This document shows, one piece after another, positions 27,594 to 41,739 of a stretch of 64,000 nt of DNA (within the stretch, counting starts at the first letter, position 1; each line of letters starts with the position of its first letter). A program made the position numbers and the translations under genes. Origin of the DNA: Octopus vulgaris (taxonomy: Eukaryota); contig OX597815.1 in assembly GCA_951406725.2 (NCBI GenBank), positions 33,418,001-33,482,000 of the forward strand, given 5' to 3'. A model generated the notes under the pieces. That model searched no databases and was not told where the DNA came from. It saw only the letters and a program-made list of their open reading frames with translations.

Positions 27594-28180
27594 CTAAGTC
27601 TGTCTTTACATTCTGAGTTCAAACTCTGCCAAAGCCGACTTTGCCTTTCATCCTTCCAAGGTTGATGAAATAAGTACCAGCTAAGCACTAAGGTTGAGGC
27701 AATCAACTTATTCTCTACTCTGAAAAAATTGGCCTTCTGCCCAAATTTGAAACCAATATTAACCCTGAATAGTAATAACTTCACATTAATTTTTTTTTTT
27801 TTTCTGTGATTGTAGTTATAAGACTTCTTATGACCATAGGTATCTAACCTTAAGCCTAACTCTAACCTTAACCCTAAAACAGATTGAAATGCAATAGATT
27901 AATACTAGGGTCATAATTATGGGTGACAATTTCATATGACACCGCTAGAAAAAACTGCCGTTCAAACCGAAAAGATCCATGATGGCTGGAAGAGGGTTCC
28001 AAAGGTGTGCATTTTGAGGATAGTTGTTCAGAATTGAGGCATAAGTAAGATGACAAGAAGAGACATGAGTTTATTAAAATGGATTTCAGTAATTAAATAT
28101 GGAATTAACAAGAAAATAAGACTATTGCAAATAGCAGTGACAGAAACAGGAAGCCTACTGAGTTCAATCTAAACTCAATG

Positions 28181-28407
28181 TTTAATCTTTTTGTTACTGT
28201 ATTTCTGTTGAGATACATTGCTTTTGTTAAAATTAATTTTGAAAATAACAAAGAATTTACTAAAATAACCTTGTTGTTGCTAAGCTGGTTTTTGGGACAT
28301 AGATTATCATGAAATTTTGACAGAAGGTTTTAAAATCCACCTTAGAATGGGAAGTTTGAATCAAAAACCCAGAGGTATTTTGGGCAGGTAGGTATCAAAG
28401 AGGTTAA
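28181..28407 (+). mobile_element. piggyBac-like MITE
   Basis: TTAA-TCTTTTTGTTAC ... GTATCAAAGAGG-TTAA: imperfect TIRs with TTAA at both ends. Confidence 0.6.
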
Positions 28408-29518
28408 AAGTTTTGGTAAATGAGAGTTTCCCTACCACAGTTGGACAATTGTTATTTATTTCAGTTTGGTTTGAAATGTTGATTAGAATGTTCCAATCTA
28501 ACAAGTAAGTCTTAATTTAACATTTGCTGTTATCTAATAAGTTAAACATCCATAACTTGAATTTATATCACAAGTGTTTCCTTATTTCTTGAAATCTATG
28601 CTCACTCTCCACCAGCATCATAACATTTATTCTATTTATAAGAGAAAAGTATAGTGAAAAGAATATGAAAGAGGAATGGTGAAGTAAACAAGTTTAAAGA
28701 CTCACTAGAAAACTAAAGAATAAAAAATTATCTTAAGAAAAATGAAATTATTATTCAAGTTGACTCCAAATATTCTTATATTTATAATTTTTCTCTTTAT
28801 TGTGTGTATGTGTTTTTTTAATTTTAATATTTGATGGTTTGATAAAAATCATAAATTCTTATTTGTAATTATCCGATTAAAATGGTTTTGAATTCTCTTT
28901 GATTAAAAAAATTCCTAAGAAAGGAAATGATGGGTGATAAAACAAAAAAAATACAATAAGATAAAATAAAACAAAACAAATATCTAATCATTCAAATTAA
29001 GTTTGAAATATCAATAATAGGGAGTTGTAAGTTTGAAAAGTCTAATTGGTAATCATCACTAATAATTAAACTTTTGAAATACGATGCAAAAAATGGAAAC
29101 AATGAAAGTAAAAGAAAAAAATGTTGAGAAAAAAAGAAAATGAATAAACAGGGAACAAACTGATATTTGATTTCAATCTTAAACTAAGCTCAAATGAATA
29201 GAATTTAAAATGCAAATGGAAAACAAAATCTAAATCAATGTAAGAAAATATTTATTTCAGCAAGAAATATAGTCATTTTAGAATTATAGGGAAAATCATG
29301 AAAGTCAATATATTTACCATTTCAGAATGAGAACATGCCAAAAGCTAAAGTCAACACAGATAAGATGGGCAACGTATGAAGAATATGTGAAAAGAATAAC
29401 TATATCAAGGAGTAAATAATCATTTATACTCAGGCTTTAAACAAAAATAATATGAAGGTATCTATCTATACGAGTATCTATCTAATCATACACACATGCA
29501 TACATACATACATATATA

Positions 29519-30822
29519 CGTAGTCTGATCAGTAAGTATCCGGACTGTTGCAATAATAATGAAGCTATAGCACACAAAGTGAAGCTACTTGGCACAGACT
29601 GATCTTCAACACTGCTGGGAATGCACACTAAGTTTTTATATTCTCGCTCACTTCTGCTGTTTACAACAATGCTTGTAAGGAATGTGTGTAGTGTGTAATC
29701 ATCACATTGACCATGACAGAGAAAGTTGAGCAGAGAATCTGCATCAAATCTTGCCAAAAACTTGACAATACCTGCTCAAAGACCTACGCAAAATTGTCAA
29801 AAACTTTTCATCATTAGGAGTAGCTGTGTGGATAAGTGCAGGAATGGTTGTGTGGTAAGAAGCTTGCTTCCCAGCCACATAGTTCCAGGTTCAGTCCCAC
29901 TACATGGCACCTTGGGTAAGTGTCTTCTACTATAGCCTTGGTCTGGCCAAAGCCTTGTGAGTGGATATTGTAGGTGGAAACTGAAAAAAGTGCGTCGTAT
30001 ATAAATATATATATATATGTATTTGTGTGTTTGTGTTTGTCCCTCAGCTCCACCATCGCTTGACAACTGATGTTGGTGAGTTTACATTTCCGTAACTTAG
30101 TGGTTCAACAAAAGAGAACAATAAAATAAGTACTAGGCTTACGAAGAATAAGTCCTGGGGTCGATTTGTTCAACTAAAGGCAGTGCTCCAGCATAGCTAC
30201 AGTCAAGAGACTGAAACAAGTAAACGAGTAAAAGAGTTCTCGACATAACCAAGGAGATCTTGTTTAAATGAAGCCCGAGTGTCATTTTGGTCAGCTGAAA
30301 GCAGTTTTGGTACAAACTTGGCAGTCATGCATCTCATACTCAAATCTTCAGTGATGATGGACTGAACTGAGCTATAACTAATCTGCACATCCTCTGACAA
30401 CTCATGGATGGAGATTCAATGATTTCCCCTCATAGCTGCATGCACATCTGCAATGTTTTTCTCAGTTCTACTGGTTGTGGGCCTCCCAGAACGTTTGTCA
30501 TTATCAACATTTTTCGGTCATCTTGGAAATGTCTGAACCACTTCTACACTTATATGTGGCTCATACACTCCGTACACTTTCAGCAACTTTGCATAGGCCT
30601 CTGAGCAGATATCACAATGACATCTTTCTCGGTCATGGTCAATGTGATGATCAACACTACACACCTTCCTTCCAAGCACTACTGTAAACAGAGGAAATTA
30701 GCTAGAACATTAAAGCTTAGTGCACATGTACAGCAAAGTCAGTCTATGCCAAGCAGCTTCACTCTGCGTGCTTTAACTTCGTTACTATGGTAACAACCCA
30801 GATACTTATTGATCAGACCTTG
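29519..30822. mobile_element. Mariner-derived element made of two inverted 5' ends, with a central SINE A (29818-30232)
   Basis: Ends CGTAGTCTGATCAGTAAGTATC / GATACTTATTGATCAGACCTTG; transposase N-terminus MTEKVEQRICIK on +, and a longer copy on - reaching ...AKFVPKLL (WVPHEL-equivalent). Confidence 0.8.
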
Positions 30823-31729
30823 TGCATATATCTTTAGTGATTTAGATTAAATTTGCATTGCCTTTTTTTATATATATTTTTTGTATATGCACAAGCAAAA
30901 CTCATACACAATGAAATATTTTTTATATATTCAAATCTATAGCTTTTAGCATTACACATGTAGTTAATGAAATGCTTCTTGTTGTTTTCCTGCATTATTC
31001 ATATTTGATTTGACAAGTAGAAAGGTGAAACTCAAGAGTTATGAAATCTGAACTTTCAGGTTAACAAATATAAAATATTTTGATACTCTTTCTGCTTCTC
31101 TCCAGTTGGATCACTGCATTTTTAGCCCTGCCCCAGTACCCCACTTACAGCTACTCTTGTGAGTATGTGAATCCCAGAAGGAAGGCCTTTCTTTCCCAGA
31201 TCTTGTTGGTTTTGGATTGTTATTGATATGTTACCTTTTCTATGTAGGAATGTTGACCCTATGTAAACTCATTTTTACCTCACCATATTTGTCTAGTCTC
31301 TATCCTTTTACCTGGTCCATATTTGTCTGGTCTCTATCTTTTTACCTGTCCAGCATTGAGGTCTCTTCCAGAAGCTTGCTTACTGCCTGCATAATTTGCA
31401 AGATCATTAAGGTACATGTTCCACTGTATTGCCACAAAGACTGGACCTTGTGGTGGATATACATGGTAAGCCTGTTATCCTTTTGCTCCTAGTAAGATGA
31501 AACACAAAGTTGAACTCTGGGATCTGAACTGAAGATGCAAAGATAAGTAACTTAAAATTGATTTATAGTATAGTCACTTAAGATTTCTGCCACCTCTTCA
31601 GGCTGGAGTATTAACAAAATCATTACTAAGTCAAACAAAACAACTTAGAGCATTTGTTTTGATTTTTTATATTTTAAGTTCAAACTCAGCTGAGGTCAAC
31701 TTTGTCATTTATCCTTCTGGAATATAAAG

Positions 31730-31981
31730 CAGGGCTATGGAGTTAAAACAAAAAACTTTGACTCCAACTCTTCTTATGTAATTAAGTGATTGTGGTCTAC
31801 ATATCTCATAAAGCATATGCATACACTTGTACTTTGAGTAGGCCTATATGTTATAACTGGTTTATATCAAAGAATAAAAATATTGTGAGTTGGAATCAAA
31901 GTCAATATAGTTTTACCAACTCCAACTCTACTCCAACTCCACGACTCTGACTCTGACTCCAACTCTGACTCCACAGCCCTG
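31730..31981. mobile_element. hAT-type MITE
   Basis: TIRs CAGGGCTATGGAGT / ACTCCACAGCCCTG, perfect 8-bp TSD ATATAAAG, subterminal (A/G)ACTC(C/T) hexamers. Confidence 0.9.
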
Positions 31982-32764
31982 ATATAAAGTACACCTCAAG
32001 TGCCAGAGTTGCTGTAATGAACTTCTTCTTTAGTAAAATTTCTAACCTTGTGCCAATGTAAAAAAATTATTATTTCTACCAACCTGTCACTCAGTTGTCA
32101 TTATCTTATGTTAATCCATTATAATTATTCTTTATTTAAACATGTTTATTGAACATTTATTATTTACTATATCATCATTTAAAAGATTTCATATAGCATT
32201 TTATTTAATTATCCTGCTCATTATTACATTTCTTCTTTCTTTTTTCCCACCCCATTTCTCTTTAACCATATTTAACTTAAACATTATATATGTTAAACTA
32301 GACTTTAACACATATCATTGTTTATGCAGGACTGCATTATCCAATGTGTCTTCTCTAGCTAAATAACAATATTTGTCTTTGACATTAAATATATCAAACT
32401 AGACATGAACTGCAACTAACAACTTTGCCTAGTCATTCTTATCTTACGAATGAGAAGAGTTTAAAATTTGTATCAGTTTTGCAAGTCTTCTTCAGACAAA
32501 CCTAAGAAAGCAAATATACTAGCAACAAGAGCATCATTTATTCTTACTTACAATGACGAAACTAAGTCTTTGAATTAACTAGTGCTACATTTTTGTCAAA
32601 AGTATCTCTTAATTCCCTTGAGCCCTTTCTTTAATTGCCATCAGATTATTTGGGTAAACAAAGTGATTTTTTCCTGTTCTATGACAATAAAAATAATACA
32701 TAAGAAGACAGAGATGGCAGTCATGTTATCCAGTCCCACATTAAACTATTGAAGGAGCATCTGT

Positions 32765-33265
32765 CTTCTATTATAATTTAATTCATTTCTAGGTTCTATT
32801 ATAGGAAAGTTAAGTTGTCCCTTGTACTTGCTGGGCACATTGCTTTACTGATCTAAATGGATGAAAAAAGTTGGATTCAGCAGTATTTGAACTGATAGAA
32901 ATAGTAGCCAAATCTCCTCTAATTACATTCTTTTATAATTCGTTTCTAGGTTGCCCTATAGGATTGTTAATTTGCTCTTGTACTTACTGGGCACTTTGCT
33001 TTATTGATCCAAAAAGATGAAAATAAAAGATGGTCCCAGCAACATATGAACTCTTAACCTAATAGAAATAGTAGCCAAATCTCCTCTAATTACATTCTAT
33101 TATAATATAATTCATTTCTAGGTTGCCCTATAGGATTGTTAATTTGCCCCTGTACTTGCTGAACACATTGCTTTATTGATCCAAAAGGATGAAAATAAAA
33201 GTTGGTCTCAGCAACTTATGAACTCTTAACCGAATAGAAATAGTGGCCAAATCTCCTCCAATTAT
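32765..33265. repeat. Tandem repeat, 3 x ~165 bp
   Basis: TTTCTAGGTT...TGTACTT...ATAGAAATAGT(A/G)GCCAAATCTCCTC repeated three times. Confidence 0.85.
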
Positions 33266-35469
33266 GTCTCATCATCCTTAAAAATTTGTGGTGGTGGTGG
33301 GGCACACTGGATAATATAGTCCTACATACGTTACATATGAAAAAAATGGAATGGATATAATTGGAACATCTTTGATCAGAGGTCTGCTCAATCAGGAATG
33401 AATAAGGACTAAACAAGTACAATAATAGCTAATGACCAACACCAAATGTTTATAAATTCACTAGACAAGCACCAATAACCTTCCTTCCCTTTCCCATCTC
33501 TGTCATTCAGTATGTTCTATTTGTCTGACCAATCACTCCATTAATATATTGTTTAATGCTTATATCTCTCTTTCAACTGCTAAATACACTGACTTAATAA
33601 CATAAATAATAATGGTGGCAGGGTAAGGGAACACACCACTGACATATGTGACTTCAGTTCAGGTCCAAGATGAAAGCTATTATAATCAATAAATATCATA
33701 GAGTCAATGTTTAGTCATCATTAAATCAATCCTCACATTTTGTGCTGACATCTTTACTAAAGTTAGCAAATATTTTACTGTCACTAGCTATCATAAGTAC
33801 TTCAAAACAAAGAACAAGAAGAAAAAAAAGCAGGTGCTGGGAGTATTACTAATGTCCCCTACAAACAACATGTAAATATAAGGGAGGAATGAATAAATGA
33901 ACAAGGGAAAAACAAAGGGAAAATTTTAAAGAAATGAACCATTTATTTGCCTTCATCTGGAAAGTTCCAATCCAATAAACAGACAAGAGAGAGAGGGGGG
34001 CAAAAGCATGAGTGTGAGAAGAAGAGAGTGAGAGAAAGAGAGAGAGAGACTGAGAGAGAGAGAGAGACTGAGGGAGAAGGAGAGAGACTGAGAGAGAGAG
34101 AAATATCAATGAGAAAGTTGTGCTTCTTGATTTCACTTCAGAGAAAATTCCTTATCTTCTTACTATATATGTAAGTGAGGGGCATGTGTGTGCGTGTTTG
34201 TGTATGCTTATGAAGGACATGTGTATGTGCATGTGCATGTGTGTAAGTGTGTGAAGTGTGTGTGATGCATGTGTCTATGTATATGTGAGTGTGTCTGTGT
34301 GCACATGTTACCTTTTGTGTGTGTATATGTATGTGTGTGCTTCTGTGTGTGTATATGGGTGTGGGTGTGTGTGGGGTTTTTGTGTGGTGTGCATGCATGA
34401 GTAAATATTTATGGCACAGGCATGGCTGAGTGGTTAAGAAGTTTGCTTCACTACTCTGAAATCCTGTGTTCAATACCATTACATGTCATTTTAAGTAACT
34501 CTCTTTGTCACAGCTTTTGGTCAATCCAAGGCTTATGAGTGAAATTGGACAGACAGGAACATCAGATGGACTGTGCTTGTAATTCAAAGGATCAACTATG
34601 CCATGTTACGTCATACTGATTCTTCCTGAGAATTTTGTCAAGGGTAAAGAATTCTGTAGATTACTCAGTCACTTTGTATACTAATTCAATGAGTAGGTTG
34701 TGAAGTTCCACAAACAACTGGATGCTCAGTAGGAGATTCCATCGTATATATCAAATATATTATGCATACATACATACATATATATATATCATCATCATCA
34801 TCATCATCATCATCATCGTTTAACGTCCGTTTTCCCTGCTAGCATGGGTTGGACGGTTCGACCGGGTTCTGGGAAGCCAGGAGGCTGTACCAGGCTCCAG
34901 TCTGATCTGGCAGTGTTTCTACAGCTGTATGCCCTTCCTAACACCAACCACTCCATGAGTGTAGTGGGTGCTTTTTACATGCCACCGGCACAGGGGCCAG
35001 AGGAGGCTGGCAAACAGCCACGATCAGTTGGTACTTTTACATGTCACCGACACGGACACCAGTCAGGTGGCGCTGGCATCAGCCATGTTCGGACAGTGCT
35101 TTTTATGTGTCACCAGTACGGGTATCTTAACTACAATTTCCATTTGATTTTTATTTTGATGTTGGTGTTCACGTACTTGAATCAATAGGTCTCCTCAAGA
35201 ACAGCGGTTCACTCTACAATCCAAGGTTAGCACAGCAGGCCGTCCTGTGAGCCATGAACTCACTTCATTTGTCAGGTCTTCACAGTCACAGCATATCTCA
35301 GAGGTCTCCGTCTTCATCATTTCCTCTGTGAGGCCCTACATGCCACCGGCACAGGTATCACAACTACAATATCCATTCAATTTTTATGTTGATGTTGATG
35401 TACTTGACACAATAGGTCTCCTCAAATACAGCAGCCATCCTGCAAGCCATGAGCTCACTTCATTTGTTG

Positions 35470-36543
35470 GGTCTTCGAAGTCACAGCATATCTCCAGAGG
35501 TCTTGGTCTTTCGTCATAGCCTCTGTGAGGCCCAACGTACGAAGGTCATGCTTGACCACCTTGTCCCATGTCTTCCTGGATCTACCTCTACCCCAGATTC
35601 CTTCAATAGTTTGGGAGTGGCACTTCTTCACACATCTCTCCTCATCCATCCGTAAGTACATGACCATACCAATGCAAACGTCTCTCCTGCATGCTGCATC
35701 CAATGCTTCTTATGTCCAACATTTCTCTCAGGGCGCTTGGACACTGACATTACACATCCAGCGGATCATGCTAGTTTAATTTCTTTCGAGCCTACGCATG
35801 TCCTCCGCAGTCACAGCCCATGTTTTACTGCTGTGAAGCATGGCAGTTTGCACACATGCGTCATACAATCTACCTTTCCCTCTGAGCGAGAGACCCTTTG
35901 TTGCCAGTAGGGGAAGAAGCTTTCGAAATTTTGCCCAGGCTATTCTTATTATAGTGATAACACTCTCTGAGCATCCACCTCCACTACTAACTTGGTCACC
36001 TAGGTAGCGGAAGCTATCAACTACTTCTAGTTTCTCCCCCAGGAGTGTAATGGAATCTGTTTTCTGAGTATCAATAGTGACTATTGCCTGTGCACACGAA
36101 AGCTATCTTCTTGGTTAATTTTCCCTTGATGTTGCTGCACCTCTTATGCGTCCATAGCTTACACTGGGTACATCTTATGGAGTTTCTACCTACACCTTTT
36201 CCACCGATCGAGCAGGGCCACCTACCTGAAGTTGTGTGTGTGGTGCGTTTGCCTTCCTACTTACTAGAACTTTGGTCTTTGCTACATTGACCCAAGGCCT
36301 TTTGATTGTAAACCTAGCTTCCACCCACGAAATTTCTTCTCTAGTTCCGGTAGTGATTCTGCTATGAGGGCTAGGTCATCAGCATAGAGGAGCTCCCAGG
36401 GGCAACCCGTCTTGAAATCTTCTGTCATTTCCTGGTGGACAATGATGAATAGAAGGGAACTGAGGGCTGAGCCTTGGTGGACACCAACTTCTACCTGGAA
36501 TTCTTCACTGTACTCATTGCCAATCCTAACCTTACTAACAGCC
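35470..36543 (-). mobile_element. RTE-clade LINE, 3' part of ORF2 (pseudogenised)
   Basis: VGVHQGSALSSLLF...WELLYADDLALIAES; downstream GRGRSRKTWDKVVKHDL; frameshifts; 3' UTR-like sequence continues towards ~34800. Confidence 0.9.
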
Positions 36544-36801
36544 ATATATATATATATATGCACACACAGATATACATACACACATACATACATACATACA
36601 CATATACTCACATATACATACACACACACACACACATACATATATGTATACAAAAATGGAACAAGAATGCAAAACATCCAGACAGGTGAAACAAAAAAAG
36701 GAAAACAAAATATCCAGACAGACGATACACGGAAAACAAGGACGGATCATTTGGAGTTTTCTATCCTCAGTCGAGTTCCAGATTATCATATATAAATATA
36801 T

Positions 36802-37200
36802 AGGCACAGGAGTGACTGTGTGGTAAGTAGCTTGCTTACCAACTACACAGTTTCGGGTTCAGTCGCACTGCGTGGCACCTTGGACAAGTGTCTTCTACTA
36901 TAGCCTTGGGCCGACCAAAGCCTTGTGAATGGATTTGGTAGACAGAAACTGAAAGAAGCCCATCATATATATATGTGTGTATATGTGTGTGTATATGTTT
37001 ATGTGTCTGGGTTTGCACCACCACCATTGCTTGACAACCATTGTTGGTGTGTTTATGTCCCCATAACTTAGTGGTTCAGCAAAGAGACCGTTAGAATAAG
37101 TACTAGGCTTACAAAGAATAAGTCCTGGGGTTGATTTGTTTGACTAAAGGTGGAACTTCAGTATGGCTGCAGTCAAATGACTGAAATAAATAAAAAAAAA
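36802..37200 (+). mobile_element. SINE family A
   Basis: Full-length match to 6-422. Confidence 0.85.
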
Positions 37201-37695
37201 GAACATTTCGCTAGCTGAGTGATCTGATGCAATGTGAAATAAACTGCCCAGCACAAACAATCCAGTCAGAAAATTAAACTCAGAACCTGATGATTGTGAT
37301 CACAATGCTCTAAACACTAAGCTAAAGGTCAACCAAAAGGCTTTAGAAAATAATATTTAAGATGCCATGCAGTATTGAACCCAAGATCTCATGACTGAGA
37401 GACAGACTTTGTAACCATTCTGCTATACTGCATGTGCTCACAAACACAAATACATTCATACAAACCCGCACATGCATACACATATCTATATGCATGTATG
37501 AAATCAAGTAATTAAATCAATTTAACATATTGTTAGTATGTTAAATGTGTTTAAGTTGGAGATATTTAAATATAACACTACACTGAACAAGAAAGTATTT
37601 ATAATATTTTTGGCTTTTTTCCTTAATTCCAAATCCTTTACACGTGAAATGTTTACCTTTACTCAGAAAATTTTTATTTCAACCATGTGTGCATA

Positions 37696-37745
<50 letters not shown>

Positions 37746-38475
37746 TATACATATATACATATATATAGATAGATAGATATAGATATATGTATCTGTTTGT
37801 GTATGTATGTGTGTGTATGTGCATGTATGTGTATCAATGAATATATGTATATGTAAATGTGTGTGTGCATGTGTGTGTGTGTGTATGTATCACATTTACA
37901 CAGACACACACATAGATGCATATACACAGACACACACACACACACACATACAAACATGTACATGCACATATATACAATTAGTTAAAATCTATACAATTTT
38001 TTAATTATCATTTTTATCATTTAAGCAGAATTTTGATCACATTATTCATATTTATATTAAAATTTATGTATATAGGTTTCTTAATATTTTGTTTTGTAGA
38101 TTAATATGGATTAGAATATAAAACTTAGAGAATGTTTAATTCTATGATCATAATAGTAACAGTGCACCTGCTGCAATTTTTGATTATAAGAAGAAATAAT
38201 AGCCTCCAAAATAATGTTTTCCTTTAAGTACTACCATAATTTGGAAATTTTGCAAGAATTTTGATTTGATGCTTTGGGTGTTGAGACCAAATGTTGTTAT
38301 ATTTTGGAAAAGACACCCTATTAAAGCCTATATGTACAATCACTTGTTGCTGTTCTTCTCTATTGCTTTCTTTTTACATAAATAGTTGTTCATATATATT
38401 TTCCCCAAAACTATTTTCACCATGCTAAACCTGTGGCCTTGTCAATGGGAATATATTTTTAAATGCTTTAGTTTT

Positions 38476-38885
38476 CAGGCATAGCTGTGTGGTAAGAAGC
38501 TTGCTTCCCAACCACATGATTCCGGGTTCAGTCCCACTGCATAGTACCTTGAGTAAGCGTCTTCTACTGTAGCCTCAAGCAGACCAAAGCCTTCTGAGTA
38601 GATTTTGTAGATGGAAACTGGAAGAAGCCTGTCGTAGTACCTCTCCAAGAAAGAGAGGGATATATATATATATATATATATGTATATGCATATATGTATT
38701 TGTGTGTCTGTGTTTGTGCCCCCACCATCACTTAACAACCGATGCTTGTGTGTTTATATTTCCGTAAATTAGTGGTTCGACTGAGAGAATAAGTACTAGG
38801 CTTAGAATAAGATCTGGGGTTGATTTGTTCAACTAAAGGCAGTGCTCCAGCATGGCCACAGTTAAATGATTGAAAGAAGTAAAAT
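38476..38885 (+). mobile_element. SINE family A
   Basis: Full-length match to 6-422. Confidence 0.85.
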
Positions 38886-41739
38886 TTTTAAAAAATAAAA
38901 GAAACATTTGAAAATAAATAACCGCTGAGAAGTTCACAAGTTTAATGTGATGAAAAATATTTCTTGGATGACATAGTTGAACATCAACTTTTGGTAAAAG
39001 AAAGAGACAAAGACAAACTACTGGTCAATATGATTATAGATTTTATTATAATAATTCTTATTAGTGAGGGTGAGTGGCCTAGTTATTAGAGCACTGCACT
39101 CACAGACCAGGTGGTGTATTGTATTCTTGAGCAAAACACTTCATTTTACATTGCTCTGTGATCATTTCAACATTTGACATTTGGCATGCCATACACCTAT
39201 ACAGGCAATGTTTATTTGATGGAGAGAATGAGCTCAAGTGTAACACAGACATTTGATCTCTATAAATAAATTATCTTGTGTGGTTTCTTCAACAAAAGAT
39301 TGCAGAATCATTTGTCTTGGATCCAGTTTCTCGAAATGTCTCATTAGCAGGCAGTCAACAAAATAAGTTCAACTTGTTAAAGATACTACCTACTGTTCCA
39401 GAATTATTAGAAAGTAAACTAACTCTTTCACAATTTCTCTCTAAACACAGATTCCACAGCAAATTGTTTGCAAAAATGTTGCTTATGCAAAAACCAAATG
39501 ACAACATCATCATTATCATATTTAATATCCATTATCTATGCTGGAATGCATTGGACAATTTGACTGTAGCTGGCAAGTCAGAAGACAGTCAGCATTGGCA
39601 TGGTTTCTATAACTGGATGCCCTTCCTAATACTGACCACGTTACAGAGTGTACTGGGTGCTTCTTATGTGGCACCAGTAGCAATGAGGTCACTGAATTGT
39701 TTACAAGATAAGACTCCTCAGCTGATGGTGAGGAGTAGTATTGAAGAAGATGGCTCTGTGCCAGGTGAGAGCATGAGTAGTAGGACAGACATAGGTATTT
39801 TGCAGTAAAAGAGATACATGGATACTGCAGTAGGAGAGAGAGGGGAAAAAGAGGAGAGAAAGGGAGAAAGGAGAGGAGAAAGAGAAGAGTGAGAAGGAAG
39901 AGAAGATAGTGTAGATGTGACAGGAGTGGAGAGACACCCAAGTTACAGGGTGGTGTATATAAGTGAATAGGGACCAAGAATTGGGTAGAGTGAGTGGATG
40001 AGTGGGTAGTCCTTCCTTTTGCATTAACACAATAATTGTAATGGTAAAACTGTGGTGGAGGGGTTAGAGTAGTGGTCTACTAAATACTTCTGCTATACAG
40101 AGAAATCTCTTGAACTATGTAGAGTAGAAAGTTATAAAGTATGAATTTTAGAGTAATTTTGGAAACAACATTGAATAATTGATGATTGTTTTGATGTGCA
40201 GTTATGAAATCCTTCACATTATCTCTAGAGTGGAATCCTGTTTCTTGCACCTTCCTTCACCTGGTCTCATGAAAAATGTCCACAGGGGCAATGTTGATCT
40301 GTTGTACTCCTTTTCTTTATTGATTTATACTTTGTTTCTTCGTCCTTCCATGTGGTCATGGTCTATTTGAGTAGATTCTTAAAACTGGTTTGGTTACTGT
40401 TTTCTTATTACTACATGACACTGTAGTTTCTGTGATGGACTCAAATCCTACTATGATTGTAGTTTAGAGAGACGCTGTCTTGAAAGGCAAGTTGACACAG
40501 ACAGGCTGTTAATTAGAAGAGGAGTACTGACCTTTAAATGCTGGCAAAGTGTCTAATTTTATTCTTAAATGTTTTGGTCAGCCTATTCCACTATAGAGGC
40601 CATGAAAGCAATAATAATACAGATTTTTTTTTTTATCACAGGGTGTAAAAAGCATCTAATGACTCTCTGTGTAACTAGGCTATGGGCTGGAAGTTGTCTT
40701 GAGAAATAGTTTTATATGAGATATTTTTAGTGCTATTTTCATTTACTGAACAACTGTAGTATTATAAAGATAAATCACTTAAGATATTATATAGAAAGGT
40801 AAATCAATTGTATTTGCAATAGTAAGGAATTATCACATGGCTGTCTTGCTGTCTATAATTAGTTGGGAAGTTATACGCCCTGAAACAATACCAATAGCAA
40901 ATAAAACTGCTCAAGTGGAACAGTAGTGTTTCTTTGTTCACTGGATTCTGTTGAAGCCAACCACTGTATCATTTGCAGTGCAAGGTTGCCCTCTAGCAAG
41001 AACTAGACAGTCTTTACTTTTCTTTTTCTCTCTCTTTGTCTCTCACTATTTTCAATAATATTCAGTCTAAGAAATAAAGGAAATGAAATAACACCAAACT
41101 GTGTTCAGTGAAAGAATGGCTGTCAATTTAAATGGAAATATTCACTGCTTAAATGTTGTCTACTTTTGTTATTTGAGTGTATTGTGATGGTGTATTACAC
41201 ATGAAGAGTCATGTTCACATTAATAGCATGCCAAGTCATATAGAAAGAACATAAGATATCAATAATGGACAGAAAAGATGCTACAATGCTATTTTAATCA
41301 GCTTCCTTAACAAAAAATTGTTACATTATTCTGGTTAGTTTAATACGAAGAAAGATTAGCTGGGTTTGATAGGTATCTATAAAAAAATAGAAGAATGTAA
41401 ACTTTGTTTTGTATCTAAAATTAAAAAAAGTCTGCAGAATTATTTGTAACAGTAGTTGTTACCACTTTAACACATGTTTCCATGATTGGATGAGCTGAAT
41501 TCATTTGTAGAGTCACCCCTTCTATTGATCCTTCATTTCTCCTTCCTGTCTCTTCTTATGTTTTACTCCCTCACAAGTAACTTCATCGGTCAACATGTAA
41601 TTCTTTTTTAACCAAATAAGTTTTGTCTATTCTTATCAGGGATTAAAACCAGTGCATCTACCTCTGCAAAATGCATTGAATGATGCCTTTGAAGTCAATT
41701 TGAACTCTGCTTTGTTGCCAGATCATTTCACTCTAAATT

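Noticed and set aside
39278-40030. 176-aa and 151-aa ORFs
   Set aside because: They span SINE remnants and GA-rich low-complexity DNA; no recognisable domain
40750-40890. Minus-strand acceptor and short ORF, plus similar splice-like signals near 21395 and 46256
   Set aside because: No recognisable protein and no consistent exon chain; such signals are frequent by chance
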